64,000 nucleotides of DNA from Octopus sinensis (lineage: Eukaryota): NCBI RefSeq assembly GCF_006345805.1, contig NC_042997.1:79608001-79672000 (forward strand), given 5' to 3'. The notes under the pieces were generated by a model. The model saw only the letters and a program-made list of their open reading frames with translations, had not been told where the DNA came from and searched no databases. Each line of letters opens with the position of its first letter. The stretch's first letter is position 1. A program made the position numbers and the translations under genes. This document shows, one piece after another, positions 1 through 12,779 of the stretch.

Positions 1-485
1 CTATATTTTCTTTCTTCTCAAGTTTCCTTTCTGTGTTAAGCATACAATACATCTTTTCTATATTTATAACTATGTTTCGAACAATTCCGAATCACCAATC
101 TGAAGTTGTTCTTGTTTGTCTTATTACACAATGACATACTAGAGATTATATCGATACCAGTTTAAAATACCTTTAAAAAAACAATGCTCACAATTTTTGA
201 TGTCAATAATTAATAAAATTAAAAATTAAATAATTTACTAAAATTAATGATTGAGAAATACACTTATAACAGTTATAATTTATCATTATCGTAAATAATT
301 AAATACTAGCAAGAAATCTGGAGTAGCGAGAGAGGTATTAAGTCTCAACTGGTGTTTAATTGCTTGAGAAATTAATCCTGATGATTCTGTACAAATTTGT
401 TATCTGACACGACGTTTCTAGTTTTAGAACAAAAATACAAAAAAATATGAAGACATGTAACAGATTTTTCATTAAAGTTACGTAA

Positions 486-519
<34 letters not shown>

Positions 520-647
520 CGTATTCCAAATGAACAGGGTAATGTAATCCGATAGTAGAACAAGTTCCGCGAATTAGGTACTCCAAAGCCAGTTGGAAGG
601 CCGACCGTCCGTGTGAGCGTGCGGTAAATAGTACCCCCCCCCCCCGC

Positions 648-960
648 CAAAAAAAACCGAAGAGGACGTGATACATGCAAAGTGTTAGCAGACGCTCAGG
701 GAAGGAAAGAAAGTTATCTCTTCGTCAGAAACAGGAGACGAACGAAAGTCCAAGATAAAAGGAAGACGGAGGAAAAAAATCGTCAACGATCCGACATGTG
801 GTTACCGCCTTCCTTTTCTCTTGGTTTTTCATCCGTTTCCTGTTTCTGACGAAGAGCTTTGCACGAAACGTAAAACTACCTTTCTTTTCCTGAGCGTCTA
901 CTAATACTTTGCTTGTACCACGTCTTCGGATTATGGTTTTTCCTTGTGTTTGGCCTTCGT
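648..960. mobile_element. PLE pseudo-LTR (pLTR) fragments in inverted arrangement
   Basis: The reverse complement of about 648-745 (cctgtttctgacgaagag...cctgagcgtctgctaacactttgcatgtatcacgtc) matches about 838-935 on the + strand. The + copy contains a hammerhead; the - copy has lost stem II and GAAA. Confidence 0.7.
842..876 (+). ncRNA. Minimal type I hammerhead ribozyme
   Basis: GUUU-CUGACGA-A-GAGC(UUU)GCAC-GAAA-C-GUA|AAAC. Stem I GUUU/AAAC, stem II with one mismatch, palindromic ACGU stem III, GUA triplet. Confidence 0.7.
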
Positions 961-970
961 TTTTTTGATT

Positions 971-1006
<36 letters not shown>

Positions 1007-1609
1007 GCACACATTTCATGTGATTGAAGAGATTGACTCTTATGCTTTTCCAGTCACAAAAGGGTGACATGTAGCGCTCTACGTTGGCTCACTGTAAGTA
1101 AATTACAGAGGGCAGCGCTAAGCAGTGATAAGTGAAATTGTGATGTTATTGTTAGTCGGAATATGCTTGAGGCACTTTCGAACTGATAATTACCCTATAA
1201 ATAGAGACTGTTTTAAGCATCAATGGTCTGAGTGTTGTAGATGTCTATGCAGAATGTCATGTCTTCTCTCGCGAAGTTTCAATGTGTGCGAAGCTGCGAT
1301 CTGATATACACACTCCTTTTTACATAGTGGTTCTAATGACTGCATGCTTATCCAGATATGCGTTATAAGATGGCAAACATGAAACGATACGTATGTTCGT
1401 GTGTTAAATCCAGCTTCTGTGCTAGGCTTTTGTTTTCAACTAACATGCATGTTGTATTACGTTTTTCATATCCTGTTGACTCGTTGTGGAGATATGTGTA
1501 ACTCATAACCAACTTATGCGGTGTAAATTAAATCACATCTAAATGTTTGCAAGGTGTTGTTAAATCATTCACACGTAGCTTCCGCAAACACCACTTACGA
1601 CATTATATA

Positions 1610-1642
<33 letters not shown>

Positions 1643-1861
1643 CAATATAATGCTTTATCTCCAAGAATTTGAACTGCAGTTTTTACCTCTGTAGAAATGT
1701 AATGCTCTATGACTCACGTGGGTGGACAGGGAGAATAATAGATCTCATTCGTATTTTTGGATTCACTAGTACTGGGTGTCTGGCATGGTTTGTCCGATGT
1801 TACAGATATCGGACGGGTATGTTTGATTCTTAGTATTTTCAAATCTAAATCAGAAGAAATC

Positions 1862-1923
1862 TCTGAGCTGATGAAGGAAAAGTGGCGTTTTACCCACAAA
1901 TCCAGAAACAGACTGTCCTCGGG
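1862..1923 (+). ncRNA. Type I hammerhead ribozyme in a solo PLE-like pLTR (about 1680-2117, between (AT)n tracts)
   Basis: UCUGAG-CUGAUGA-A-GGA..GUGG/CCAC..UCC-A-GAAA-CAGACU-GUC|CUCGGG. Six-bp stem I with wobbles, extended stem II, ACAG-A-CUGU stem III, GUC triplet. Confidence 0.7.
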
Positions 1924-2118
1924 TATCGTATATGGATGTGATCTTTCATTGTTTTTCCCTTATACCTATGTGAGTTATTTTCTGAGTATGCATTGTCTGG
2001 AGACTTTTATTTGCAGTTGAAGAAATAGCCAAATTTTTGGCTGCTATTTCTGAAAAGTTCGGTGTGTGGTAAAGTGAATTTTTTTACTTTACCATATTTT
2101 TATAAATTAATACTTCAA

Positions 2119-2185
<67 letters not shown>

Positions 2186-2573
2186 GCATGTGATGTCAGT
2201 AATTACTCACGGTAAGCAGTTGGTGATGTTTATGGAATAAAACACAAAAAATAAGCGAAACACAGGCGCGCGATTGAGTCGTAGACAGATTTACTTCTGC
2301 TTTTTATAGCGCGTAAAGAAAACGTTGTAGGAATGGATGCAGCACGTGTACTAAAGCAGTTCTATGCGTAGCTTTAATAGTGAGATTGAAAGGTAGGAGC
2401 AAATTATGTCTACCTAATCTGCAAAAAAATAAAATATTTTGTATTTTATGCAGAGTAACCTTCATAATTTCATTGAATTAGGTGCATATTTTGTCATAAA
2501 AGGAAAATATTACTATCGATCTAATTTATTCAGGATAGGCAGTGCCTACCTTGCCTACCCAGGCGGCATGTCC

Positions 2574-2663
<90 letters not shown>

Positions 2664-2708
2664 AATGAAAGAATGGAGTCGAATGACGATTTAACAAAAT
2701 TCCTTTAT

Positions 2709-2789
2709 TCTCGACATATGTTTCGAAGACAGCAAATTCTTAATTCCGAAGGAATAAAGGGTGCATTATGCCGCCTTCTCATCAGGAAA
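2709..2789 (-). ncRNA. Type I hammerhead ribozyme with long stem II
   Basis: Minus strand: UUUC-CUGAUGA-GAAGGCGGCA...UGCUGUCUUC-GAAA-C-AUAU-GUC|GAGA. Ten-bp stem II with two G-U pairs, palindromic ACAUAUGU stem III. Confidence 0.75.
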
Positions 2790-3364
2790 GACAAGGAACT
2801 TATGTCAGTATCATGACGAACAAAAACTTTTAGATGACTGCCCACACGGAGTCCATAGTGATAATGAGTGTTTCTTTAAAATATTCCGTTATAAGCAGTG
2901 ACGTCAAAATTGGTTGGATGGAGAAGATTCTAAAAAGTTCAAGAGTTCAAAAATGGTTGGAAGGGGAAAGTTCTAAGAATAGGGGGGTGACAGAGTGCAA
3001 GTCGTATGTATGGTGATGCGTTGTTGTTTGCTTTTGCCAATGATATTGAGTGCCTATGTGTGTGTATGTATATAACTGCATTCGTGTCTATGTGTGTGTA
3101 TGTGTGTGCGTGATTGTTTGTGTGGGGGGATAAATGCCAAATACATCTAGTGGTGAAGTGACAGGTTTGTGTCTGTGTGTTTTATTGTGCTTATGATAGA
3201 GAGAGGAAGAGAGAGAGAGAGGGGTAGAGAGACAAAGGTAGAACATACTCCAACGAATTTGGTCGTAGGCCTTCAAGTAACGGAGTATAAAAAAATTTGT
3301 CTATGGTGTTGTTATAGAAGTGGAACAAAATTATTAAATTCAAGGAGGTTATCTATATTAATCA

Positions 3365-4485
3365 TCATTCATATGAGTGGTAGGTGTGTTTCTGCCAGTG
3401 CATGCACCTATAGGATTTTTCTACCATTGTGTTTACTAAAGGGAATTTGGCGAAAAGTATATAGAAAAGCTCGGAATTACAAACGGCACAATATTTCCTG
3501 CCCTTATCAAAAGGAAAGGATACAGACAATATAGACCATTCCAGCTTGAAAGTTATATTGCTGTCCTTAAGACGCAAAACTAATTTACTTAGTCCTGTAC
3601 TTTGTTGTTTCCTCTTATCTCGGAGAGTTGAATAATGATTGGAAATCCTCTGGGATAATTTAGAAGTAGTCGCCCCAACATAGAAGAAGACACCGGTACC
3701 GGAAGAAACCTTACACTGGTAAATGGAATTTCTAATTTTGGAATTACTGGACAAGAACTTTAATCTGTTAGGGTTTACCTCCGAGACTAAGACGGAGTTT
3801 TTATTGTTATGATTGCTGTTAATATAACTGCTAGCACTGACCACTATACTATTTCTATTATTGTTATTATTATTAATTGTACTATCGCCGGTAATATCCC
3901 TGACTAGAGAAATGCTGCCGTTGTTATCATCAATACTACCACTGTTATTAGAAATGCTATCGTTGTTACCACTAACACTACCACTGTTAATAATCCGACT
4001 AATATTATTATTAATATTACCACTGTTGATGCCAACGCTGTTATGAATGTTGCTATTATCAATACTATTTCTATTATTATGATTGTATGTTTGGTTGGAA
4101 TTGGTAAGAATAGTGTTGTAACTCCCAGGTGAAGAATCCTTGTTTAGCAGCTTGTTATTATGGGAGGCAATAATTTGCGATAGATTTCTAGTGTTAGAGA
4201 ATGCAATCCTTACCTTATGCGAATTGATAGTAGAGTAATACCTAGAATTCCTGGGAAAGTTCCTAGCTACGGCTTCACGGAACTGCAAAGGAAGGTTTGA
4301 CTTGATTTGTTTTCCGAAAGGTATGACAAACCAGATATAGTTTTTAGTGGACTTAGAATTGTTCAAAGTGTTACCAGTTGCATTAAAGGGAATATTTCTG
4401 TGCTGGAAAATTGGGATTGGTTGCCGATTGCCTCCCCTGGTCCGTAAATTATTTTTCTTAAGTATAGTGGTGCCTACGTTGTTAG
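3365..4485 (-). CDS. PLE linker + GIY-YIG endonuclease reading frame, no RT (5'-truncated element)
   Basis: ORF 3365-4543 contains the linker motif KNYIWFVIPF...SHNNKLL and the EN motifs IYQCKV...FYVGAT...QRISNH...EWSIL...CAVCNSEL...LVN...CMH. The first ~19 codons come from an inverted duplication (4486-4558), so the annotated start is probably artefactual. Confidence 0.8.
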
Positions 4486-5094
4486 AGCACAGAAATATTC
4501 CCTTTAATGTAACTGGTAACACTTTGAACAATTCTAAGACCACTAAAAACTATATCTGAGTCATAGAAGCCAGAGCATGAGCCTTTAGGTGCAAACCTTT
4601 GTTAGATCCATGAGTGTAAATCCTTACGTGCAATCCTGCGTATATCCATGTGGATTAACTCGGGGAAGTCCCAGAAACGGCTGTAAGATTTTGAATTTCT
4701 TCCTATAATAATATTTGTATATGACTTGAGATGTTTGCCTTGCCTTAACGTTTGCTGTCCTGTTTAACAATTATATATAAATATATGTATATATATATAT
4801 TTTGTATTTTTATATATATTTTTTATACATAAATTATTGCGGCGTAACGTACACCTTGTTCTCTTATATGTATGTAAGCATTCCCCTAAACTTTGTACGA
4901 CTACCACACGCACTTTCTCTGTACTTCACTGGTCTCTGTCTTTCTCTTTTTTCGCCTCTTTGATTCTTTGGTCTCCTCTTCCCTCACTCTCTCACATTTC
5001 TCTGCCTTTCTCACTTTGCACCTCACTGACCCTGCCTTTCTTTTGTCCCGTCAATACTTGGCACGCTCTCTTTCTTCTCCCCTCCTTAATTCCT

Positions 5095-5295
5095 TCTTTC
5101 TCTCTCTTCTCCCCCTCCTTGGTGCCTTTTTCTCTCTCTTCTCCCCTCCTTGGTGCCTTTTTCTCTCTCTTCTCCCTCTCTTTGATTCCTTTGCCCCCTT
5201 TTTTCTCTCTCTCTCTCTTCTCCCCCTCCTTGGTGCCTTTTTCTCTCTCTTCTCCCTCTCTTTGATTCCTTTGCCCCCTTTTTTCTCTCTCTTCT
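5095..5295. repeat. CT-rich compound minisatellite
   Basis: Units A (ttctctctcttctcccctccttggtgcctttt) and B (ttctctctcttctccctctctttgattcctttgcccccttttt) in the order A-A-B-A-B. Confidence 0.8.
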
Positions 5296-5740
5296 CTTCT
5301 CACGTGACCGACGGTCAACTATAGCCTTTCGGCTTCTGAGAACCGCCACGACAACATCGATTTTTTCGTCTGCCATAAGGCATTATTTTTCGAATATGCC
5401 AGCTAAGTTGAACTGTCTCAAGTCGAAAGACGCCTGTTGTTTTTGTCCTGTTATTATTATTATTATTGTTTTTTGTATTTATATTCGTGTGGCATCGTTT
5501 TTCTGTCCTTGTTTCGTATACATACGATCTTTTTTCCAAGAAATCTAATGCTCGTAGCTTAGTTTTTCCTTGGGGCTGGCCGGATCGGAGCGATCTCAGG
5601 ATTAATCAGCCGAAATTGCGAGGATGATCCGGTTCTTGGCTGAAGATTAGAGGCTTCGAATGACCCGTCCGTTTTTTGTGTCGTCTATTTGAATGTTTTG
5701 CGTTCTTGTCCCATTTTGTATTTTTATATATATTATTTAT

Positions 5741-5852
<112 letters not shown>

Positions 5853-5856
5853 TATG

Positions 5857-5919
<63 letters not shown>

Positions 5920-6000
5920 CATACATACATATATATATACATATATATATATACATATATATATACATACATACAAAAACATATATATATATATATAATA

Positions 6001-6044
<44 letters not shown>

Positions 6045-6053
6045 GCATATATA

Positions 6054-6782
6054 CAGGTGTTGGACAAAATAATGAAACCACCTTAAAATTTCAAACAAAT
6101 TTATTTTAATATGAGGTAGGACCGCCTTTGGCAGTAATTACAGCTTGAATTCTACAAAGTTTGAATTGTTTCCAAAGTAATTTTTGTCCATTCTTCAGCT
6201 AAACCAGTCTCCAGTTCTTGTGATGATGACAGAGGATATCGACTCCTTACTTGTTTTTCTATAATGCACCATAAATGTTCAATAATATTGAAATCTGGGG
6301 ACTGTGGTGGCCAGATGTTCAACTTCACTAGAATGTTCCCCGTGCCATTCAGTAACAACTTTAGTTGGTGCATTATTATCCTGAAAGATTGCATTTCCCC
6401 CCGGAAACAGTTCCGCAACCATAGGATGAACTTGATGTGATAAAATGCTTAAATAGTCTTGTCTATTGATTCTGCCATGAAGGGAGACAGTACTTCTTGA
6501 TACAACAAATATTTCGATGGTTATTGTAACGCTAGCGCCAGCCATGCGAGTCCCAACAATTTGACCCGTTCAAAAGTCCGATAGATTTGTCATTTTAATG
6601 AATTTTAATTACCTTTTTCTGGTGATATCTGAAAAGAAACAGCAATTTTAGCAAAACACATTAAGCAACACTAATAATAAATCAAAAGACATAAACATAA
6701 ACAAGCTTTTGCCGGTTTTATAGATATTTCAAGATTATGACGCTATGACACTAGGTGCTTCCATTATTTTGTCCAACCCCTG
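6054..6782 (-). mobile_element. Internally deleted Tc1 (DD34E-type) DNA transposon
   Basis: 30-bp TIRs at 6054-6083 and 6753-6782 (27/30 identical), TA on both sides. Transposase remnants FQDNNAP and WPPQSPDFNIIEHLW, plus an N-terminal HTH piece (MAGASVT..VSRSTVS) joined by a deletion. Confidence 0.92.
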
Positions 6783-6783
6783 T

Positions 6784-6903
<120 letters not shown>

Positions 6904-6979
6904 CATACATACACACACACACATATATATATATAGATATATAGATATATGTAATGTGTGTGCATGTGTACATCCCATA

Positions 6980-7014
<35 letters not shown>

Positions 7015-7107
7015 TTATATGTGTATACACACATCTATATCTATATACACGCACTCTAAACACATATGTGTGCATATATATACATGTAGGTATGTATGTA
7101 GGTATGT

Positions 7108-10100
7108 CATTATTCAGTTTATTTCAGGATTTCTTGCCAATAGAGAAAGAACCGGTTTCTAACCTAGATCCAAGGTTCCTTCATTGGAATTTCAACATCA
7201 ACAACAGAGAATTTTTGTTTGTTAGCATGTATGTATGTATGTATGTATGTATGTATGTATGTATGTATGTATGTATGTATGTATGTATGTATGTATGTAT
7301 GTATGTATGTGAAAATTTGAATGTTTTATGTATGTATTCTCATGCATATATTTGCATATTTAGACAATCTCATATATATTTAATTGATTAACTTCTGGAA
7401 AGTTTTACAGATTTTTTTACAGTTCTAGCGATCGATTGGATCTGTAGTCGTTGGATTAGCTTTCTCCTTTCTATTTTTGAGAAGTCTAATTTCTCAATCT
7501 TGGTATTTAAGGCAGTGTGTTACATATCGCAAGGACCCCAATAATTACAGGTATAAACCTGAACTTGTAATATGGATAGAACAACTGCAAATTTCTTAAT
7601 AGTTCAGCATAGGTGTTCTCTTTTTCACTGGTCTTCAGCTTTATGTTAACAGCCGCTGGGGAGTTAATTTCCACAACTGTGCACAGTTTCTTTTCTCTAT
7701 CTCAAATCACTTTTTCAGTCTGTTTTGCTTACATTTTATTGAGGTCCTTACTGGTACATTCCACCAGTATTCCTTTTTATTATGAGTGGCTATGGTTTCT
7801 ACCATATTATGGGTTTTTATTTCCCTGTCCTCGGGATTGTCCTTCCAACGGATTTCATTGTAGAGTGTTCTAGCTACAACGTCATGACTCATCGGTAGAT
7901 AATGCCGTGATAACGTTTTCGGACAACTGCTTATGATGTGGGGATATCTTCAGTGTGAACTCCACAAAGTCTGCATCGGTTGTCATATTTTACAGCTTTT
8001 CCTGAATCTCTATCCGTTTTGTGAATCAGCTATTTAGTTGATATTTCCTGTTCCTGGATTGCAAACGCATGCCCTTCAAAGTGGGAGGTAGTAATCCGGC
8101 TATTCGTCCATGATAAACTGCTTTGATGATAGATGTCATTATCATCATAGAGGTTTCTATTAATAATCCATGCATAGTCTTCTGCTCATGTAGGCTCATC
8201 CTTTCATCAGATGATATGTTGCGGTAGAGTTGTGCAACTTCTTTGGGCATGTAAAGAGTGTTCCAAGTCTTATGATGTTATCAGCCGCATCTATGCAAAC
8301 TTGGTCAAGGAATTCACTTGGTGATTAAAAAATGTTGCCGAAAGAATATGATGCGACATTCAACGGCATTTTGGATCGATGTTAAGCCTCTGCCAATATT
8401 TTCATTTTAGGTAGAGGCGATCTACATCACTGTTTATGTGGAAATTATGCGTGTTTGTTAGTATTTTTCGGATTTTCATATCAATGGCTCGGATCTCATC
8501 AAGCGTCCAATCAAGTAACACAAATTTTGGTATGACTACTGGCACTGCAAACACATTATTGGCCACTGTTTTATTGTATGCAAACAGTTCTGAAGTCCAA
8601 ATTTTGTTTATTTGGCTGTAATATTCTTTAGTGACACGTGTTTTGTTACAGGTGCCACTGTAAGATAGTTTTTCATCCACCCCTAGATACCTGTAACATT
8701 CCTCGTCAGATACGGGGGAAACAGTCAAATCATTGATGGAGATGTTACTAGTCTGGTTTTTAGTTTCCCCCTCCTTTTCACAACCATATTATAACATTTA
8801 TCCTGACCAAACCCCAACCCTACATCTTTTGAGAATGTTGTAACTAGGCCCAAACTCTTTTTCATCTCATGCATATTCTTTGCATAAAGTTTCAAGTCAT
8901 GCACAAAGAAACAATGTGTAAATTTGGTATCTCTGTTTCCTTGTGAACCAGTGAGATATCTTTCAGGCTTCCTTGATATCACTGACAAGGGATTTACAGA
9001 AAGTATAAACAACATCAGAGAGAGGCTGTCTCCTTGGAATATACCTTTGCGATATTGTATTCTGTCAGTGATAATACAATCACTCTTTGTGCTTAATTTC
9101 AAGATGGTGGTCCACGATGAAGTCAGGTCGGCTATGGCCTTGACTATTCTCACAGGAACTTTAGCAAGTTGAAGGGCTTCTAGCATCCATGAGTGGGGAA
9201 CAGAGTCAAAGGCTTTCTTGTAGTCTAGCCACATTGAAACTAGGTTCCTCCTATGCTCTCGCACCTCTGACATCACTGTTTTGTTGATTAAAAATTGCTC
9301 CGCACATCCCCAGACTCCCTTCTTCCCAGCTGCTTGTTCTGTGATAATGTTGATGGTTTCACAATGGTCCTGCAGGAAAAGGTCTAAAGATGCTGTATAT
9401 ATGTTATACATTAAGTTCTGGCATGGCCGGTAGTTTTTTTGCCATATGGAAGGTTCTGCATTTGGGGATCAATTTTGTCTCTGCCAGAGCTAACCAGGGC
9501 GGTATGCTACTGTTCCCAAAGAAAGCCTGCTAGTACAGATTGATAAGACATGGTCAGTAGAATGTTAGTCTCTTGTACCAATATCCAGCAATCAAGTCTC
9601 TTCCAAGTGCTTTTCCATTCTGGAGTTTCTGGATCATAGTTGCAAGAGTTTCACATCAATTCTGTGTTTTGGGTGTAACGCAGGAGCAATGACTATTTCG
9701 GATTTCTTCCAGCTACATAGCACCTTGGTTAAATTCCTTCTCTTCACTCCAGATTTTCCTCCAGAAGGAGTCTGTCTTCTCGTGAAGGAGCTTCCGTGAT
9801 ATTTACTGCTCCTCCTCTCATGTTTCTGTGTACTGCTGCCTGGTTGAGGTTAAATTTTTTGCTAATTGTTCTTCCCTCGGTTATTCTCTTCTCATGTCGG
9901 AGTTTTTCACTGACAGCGTTTAGCTCCTGCTTGAGGGTAATCAGTTTGCAAGTGAGTGTCCACTTTTTGCTGTCTCCAAACATCATTTCTATCTCTACTT
10001 TCTATCTTTACTTTCTGTTGGTGGGACGTATAGTGATTTGCTTGTTTGCATACAATAAGCATCATTACATGACTGATGGTCTTCCGCAAACCAGTTATCT

Positions 10101-10340
10101 TTTTCTGTCTTCAAAACCCATGATGGTGCTTTCTTATTTCGGTTTTGCTTACTTTCTGAATATCATTCATGTGCTGTTTTACAGTAGTAGCCAGCGCATA
10201 TAGACAGACGTTAACCTGCCAAGTGTGTGGGTTCATCATACTGTTGTAAATACTCATCACCAATTTCGTTAACAGCTTTTAATACCGTATCTGGTCGTTT
10301 TTTACTTACTTTGGCAGAGAATACTCTCCCACCGAGAGAG
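7108..10340 (-). mobile_element. Decayed, 5'-truncated R4/Dong-clade non-LTR retrotransposon (RT + CCHC + restriction-like EN)
   Basis: RT motifs EQAAGKKGVWGCAEQ, WLDYKKAFDSVPHSW, GIFQGDSLS and FFVHDLKLY. Zinc knuckle CRLCGVHTEDIPHIISSCP near 7920-7980. RLE region ending GTVK..CKTFQK near 7385. Multiple stops and frameshifts. Confidence 0.88.
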
Positions 10341-10499
10341 TATGTATGTATGTATGTATGTATGTATGTATGTATGTATGTATGTATGCATGCATGCATG
10401 TATGTATGTATGTATGTATGTATGTGTGTATGTATGTATGTATGTATGTATGTATGTATGTATGTATGTATGTATGCATGTATGTGTAGTGTCATTCTA

Positions 10500-10890
10500 C
10501 TGTTCATAGGCATTTTAAAAGCTGAGAATGAAGTACAAATGCGTGTCCTGGTTATGTGTGGTGATTTATGTCTGTGTTCTTGTAAAAAAACAATGAGTAG
10601 TCATGTTACCATTAAAAATATTTTCAAGGTCACGCAAATAATATATATGTCTAGCATGGGTATGGGTTGTGTGTAGACATTTGTGTGTATAAAGTTTAGA
10701 AGTGAAATGGAATGGTGTTATTGCCAAAATGAGATGAAACATTGTAAGCGAGAAGAGGCAGGTCATTATTGCACATAAGGAAAAGCGAAGAAAACATAAC
10801 GGAACTATGGCGTGCAGAGATGATAAAGAGTACCATTTTGGTATTAGTTATAATAGTTCAACCTGACAGGTATCTTCTGATCGAAAAAAA
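10500..10890 (-). mobile_element. Old LINE RT relic (CR1/Jockey-like, tentative); homologous to 27150-27620
   Basis: The reverse complement aligns by eye with 27275-27540 (e.g. acgccatagttccgtt and ctcattttggcaataaca). Weak resemblance to RT motif 4-5. Confidence 0.45.
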
Positions 10891-10902
10891 CCCCTGAGAC
10901 GG

Positions 10903-11010
10903 ATCTTTTATCTTTTACTTGTTTCAGTCATGTGACTGCGGCCATGCTGGGGCACCGCCTTGAAAAAGAATTTTAAGTAGAATGAATTGATCGCAGTACT
11001 TATGTTTTTT
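10903..11010 (-). mobile_element. 3' fragment of the abundant tRNA-derived SINE (family A)
   Basis: tcttttacttgtttcagtcatgtgactgcggccatgctggggcaccgcc matches the 3' ends at 31119 and 53243. Confidence 0.8.
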
Positions 11011-12779
11011 TATGTTAGAGTAAAGCATGCGGCCTGAACTGCAGAGAGGGTCTTAATATGGAGAACTATAGAATTGGAATAGAACGTATATTTTGCAAGT
11101 TAGTAGGAAGTATTAGCTGAATCATCTTGGACCTAAGTCTTTGGGTGTTAGATTAGAGAACAGAACAGTCCAACGTATTTAAAAAAAAAAATTATATATT
11201 TTCATGGTTAGTATGGACACGACTTACGTGTTTCATCTCACATTTCCATTCCTGTAAGAAGTTAATATGTAAAAGTCGACCTCTCAGTATCCGTTCACTG
11301 ATGTCGGATAGGAACAGGAGAGATAAATTATTTTCCAGTTATTATAGCAACCTTCCGTGTCACATCCAACGGGACAGATACTCTGTCTATCCTGCGTTAC
11401 GATACACATATCTGTGAGGTCCTTTGCAACTTAACGCCTATTTGCCCGTCAATAACCTACTTATACAAGCGAGCTATTACATAAGTTACTCGATCTTCCT
11501 CATACCACATCACACGCTAATCATCTCTTTCTGTCTGTCTGTCTCCCCCCTCTCTCTCTCCCTCTCTCTCTTTCTTTCCTTCTCTCTTCTTCCATTACGC
11601 ATCCCACTTACCCTACCTTCGACCGGCTAGAAATAGCAGCCAAATCTCCCCTAAATATTTATCTCACTCTCTCCAGAAGGAAGAACTACATTTGATAACA
11701 TAGTCTTAGATAGACAATGATAGAAGGTCTTTCAACATATGTCCGTTCAATGAGAGTTGGAATTGCTACAGGTCTTAATTCAATTCTAAAATTCACAGGA
11801 AATTGTCTTGTACGTTCGTCGACCTATGGTAGATAAGCTCGTTTTCTTGACCTGTTATGATGCACATTGAAGTAGTACACGTGTATTTAGTAGCTTCATT
11901 TTACCACACGATGTTTTTTCACCAAGCCTTTCTTTGCATTCAACCAAAGAAGATAAATAGTACTTTTTTTCACCAGATTTGTATTAATAGGAAATATTTA
12001 GGGGATACTACGTGTTACACGAAATAATGAGTAATCCCGTAGACAACATAGCTTATTTCGATGTATATATGTATTTGTGTACGTGTGTATGCTATGTATG
12101 TGTGTATGTTATGTGTGTGTGTGCGTGTGTGTGTGTGCGTGTATTCGTGTGTTATGCATATATTTGCAATCGCTAATGAACGAGTAGAAATGAGTGCTTA
12201 AGGTATAGTTCGCCGCGAGATTTGAGGAGAACTTCATTGTTTACAACAGTATACCACTAAAGAAAAGAACGATTGTGATAAGAGTCAATAGATACGAACA
12301 ATCTTGATGTAACCCTTATCAATCAATTTGCTAAAGAGCACCTAGCGCAAACTGACACTCCTAGTTTCCTGACATTGAATGTCTTGCTGTACTGTGTGGC
12401 AATTACCTTTCGCCAACAGCTGGAAGTAACTGAGATTGATCGAAATAACATACAACCTAAAATAGCTTACTTTTCAGAAAAGAATACATAAACAAACGGA
12501 AAAGCATGATATAACTGGATACTATCATTAGATATCGAATGAATAATGAATAATGAATACTAGCTCCGATTTTATGATAGGCAGACTCTTTACAATCTAT
12601 AAGAACTCCCTGTGAGAGAAAAGCAAACTAATTGCTCCTCAAACATGAACTACATATTTTCGAAGAAAATTACAAGAGCGTAGGACTATGAATTAGATGT
12701 TTACATTATACCCAAAAGTTGTAGATTGCAGCATAAAAGATCATACCATCAATTCTCCTTGGGGTGATCTTGTTAGGAG

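Noticed and set aside
5300-5312. 13-nt match (tcacgtgaccgac) to the reverse complement of 42260-42272
   Set aside because: Many 13-mer matches are expected by chance in a 64-kb self-comparison, and no extended homology is visible.
5630-5670. CUGAAGA near 5639 as a hammerhead, likewise cores near 376, 27285, 30234, 49706 and 62364
   Set aside because: No compatible stem II + GAAA + stem I arrangement could be folded.
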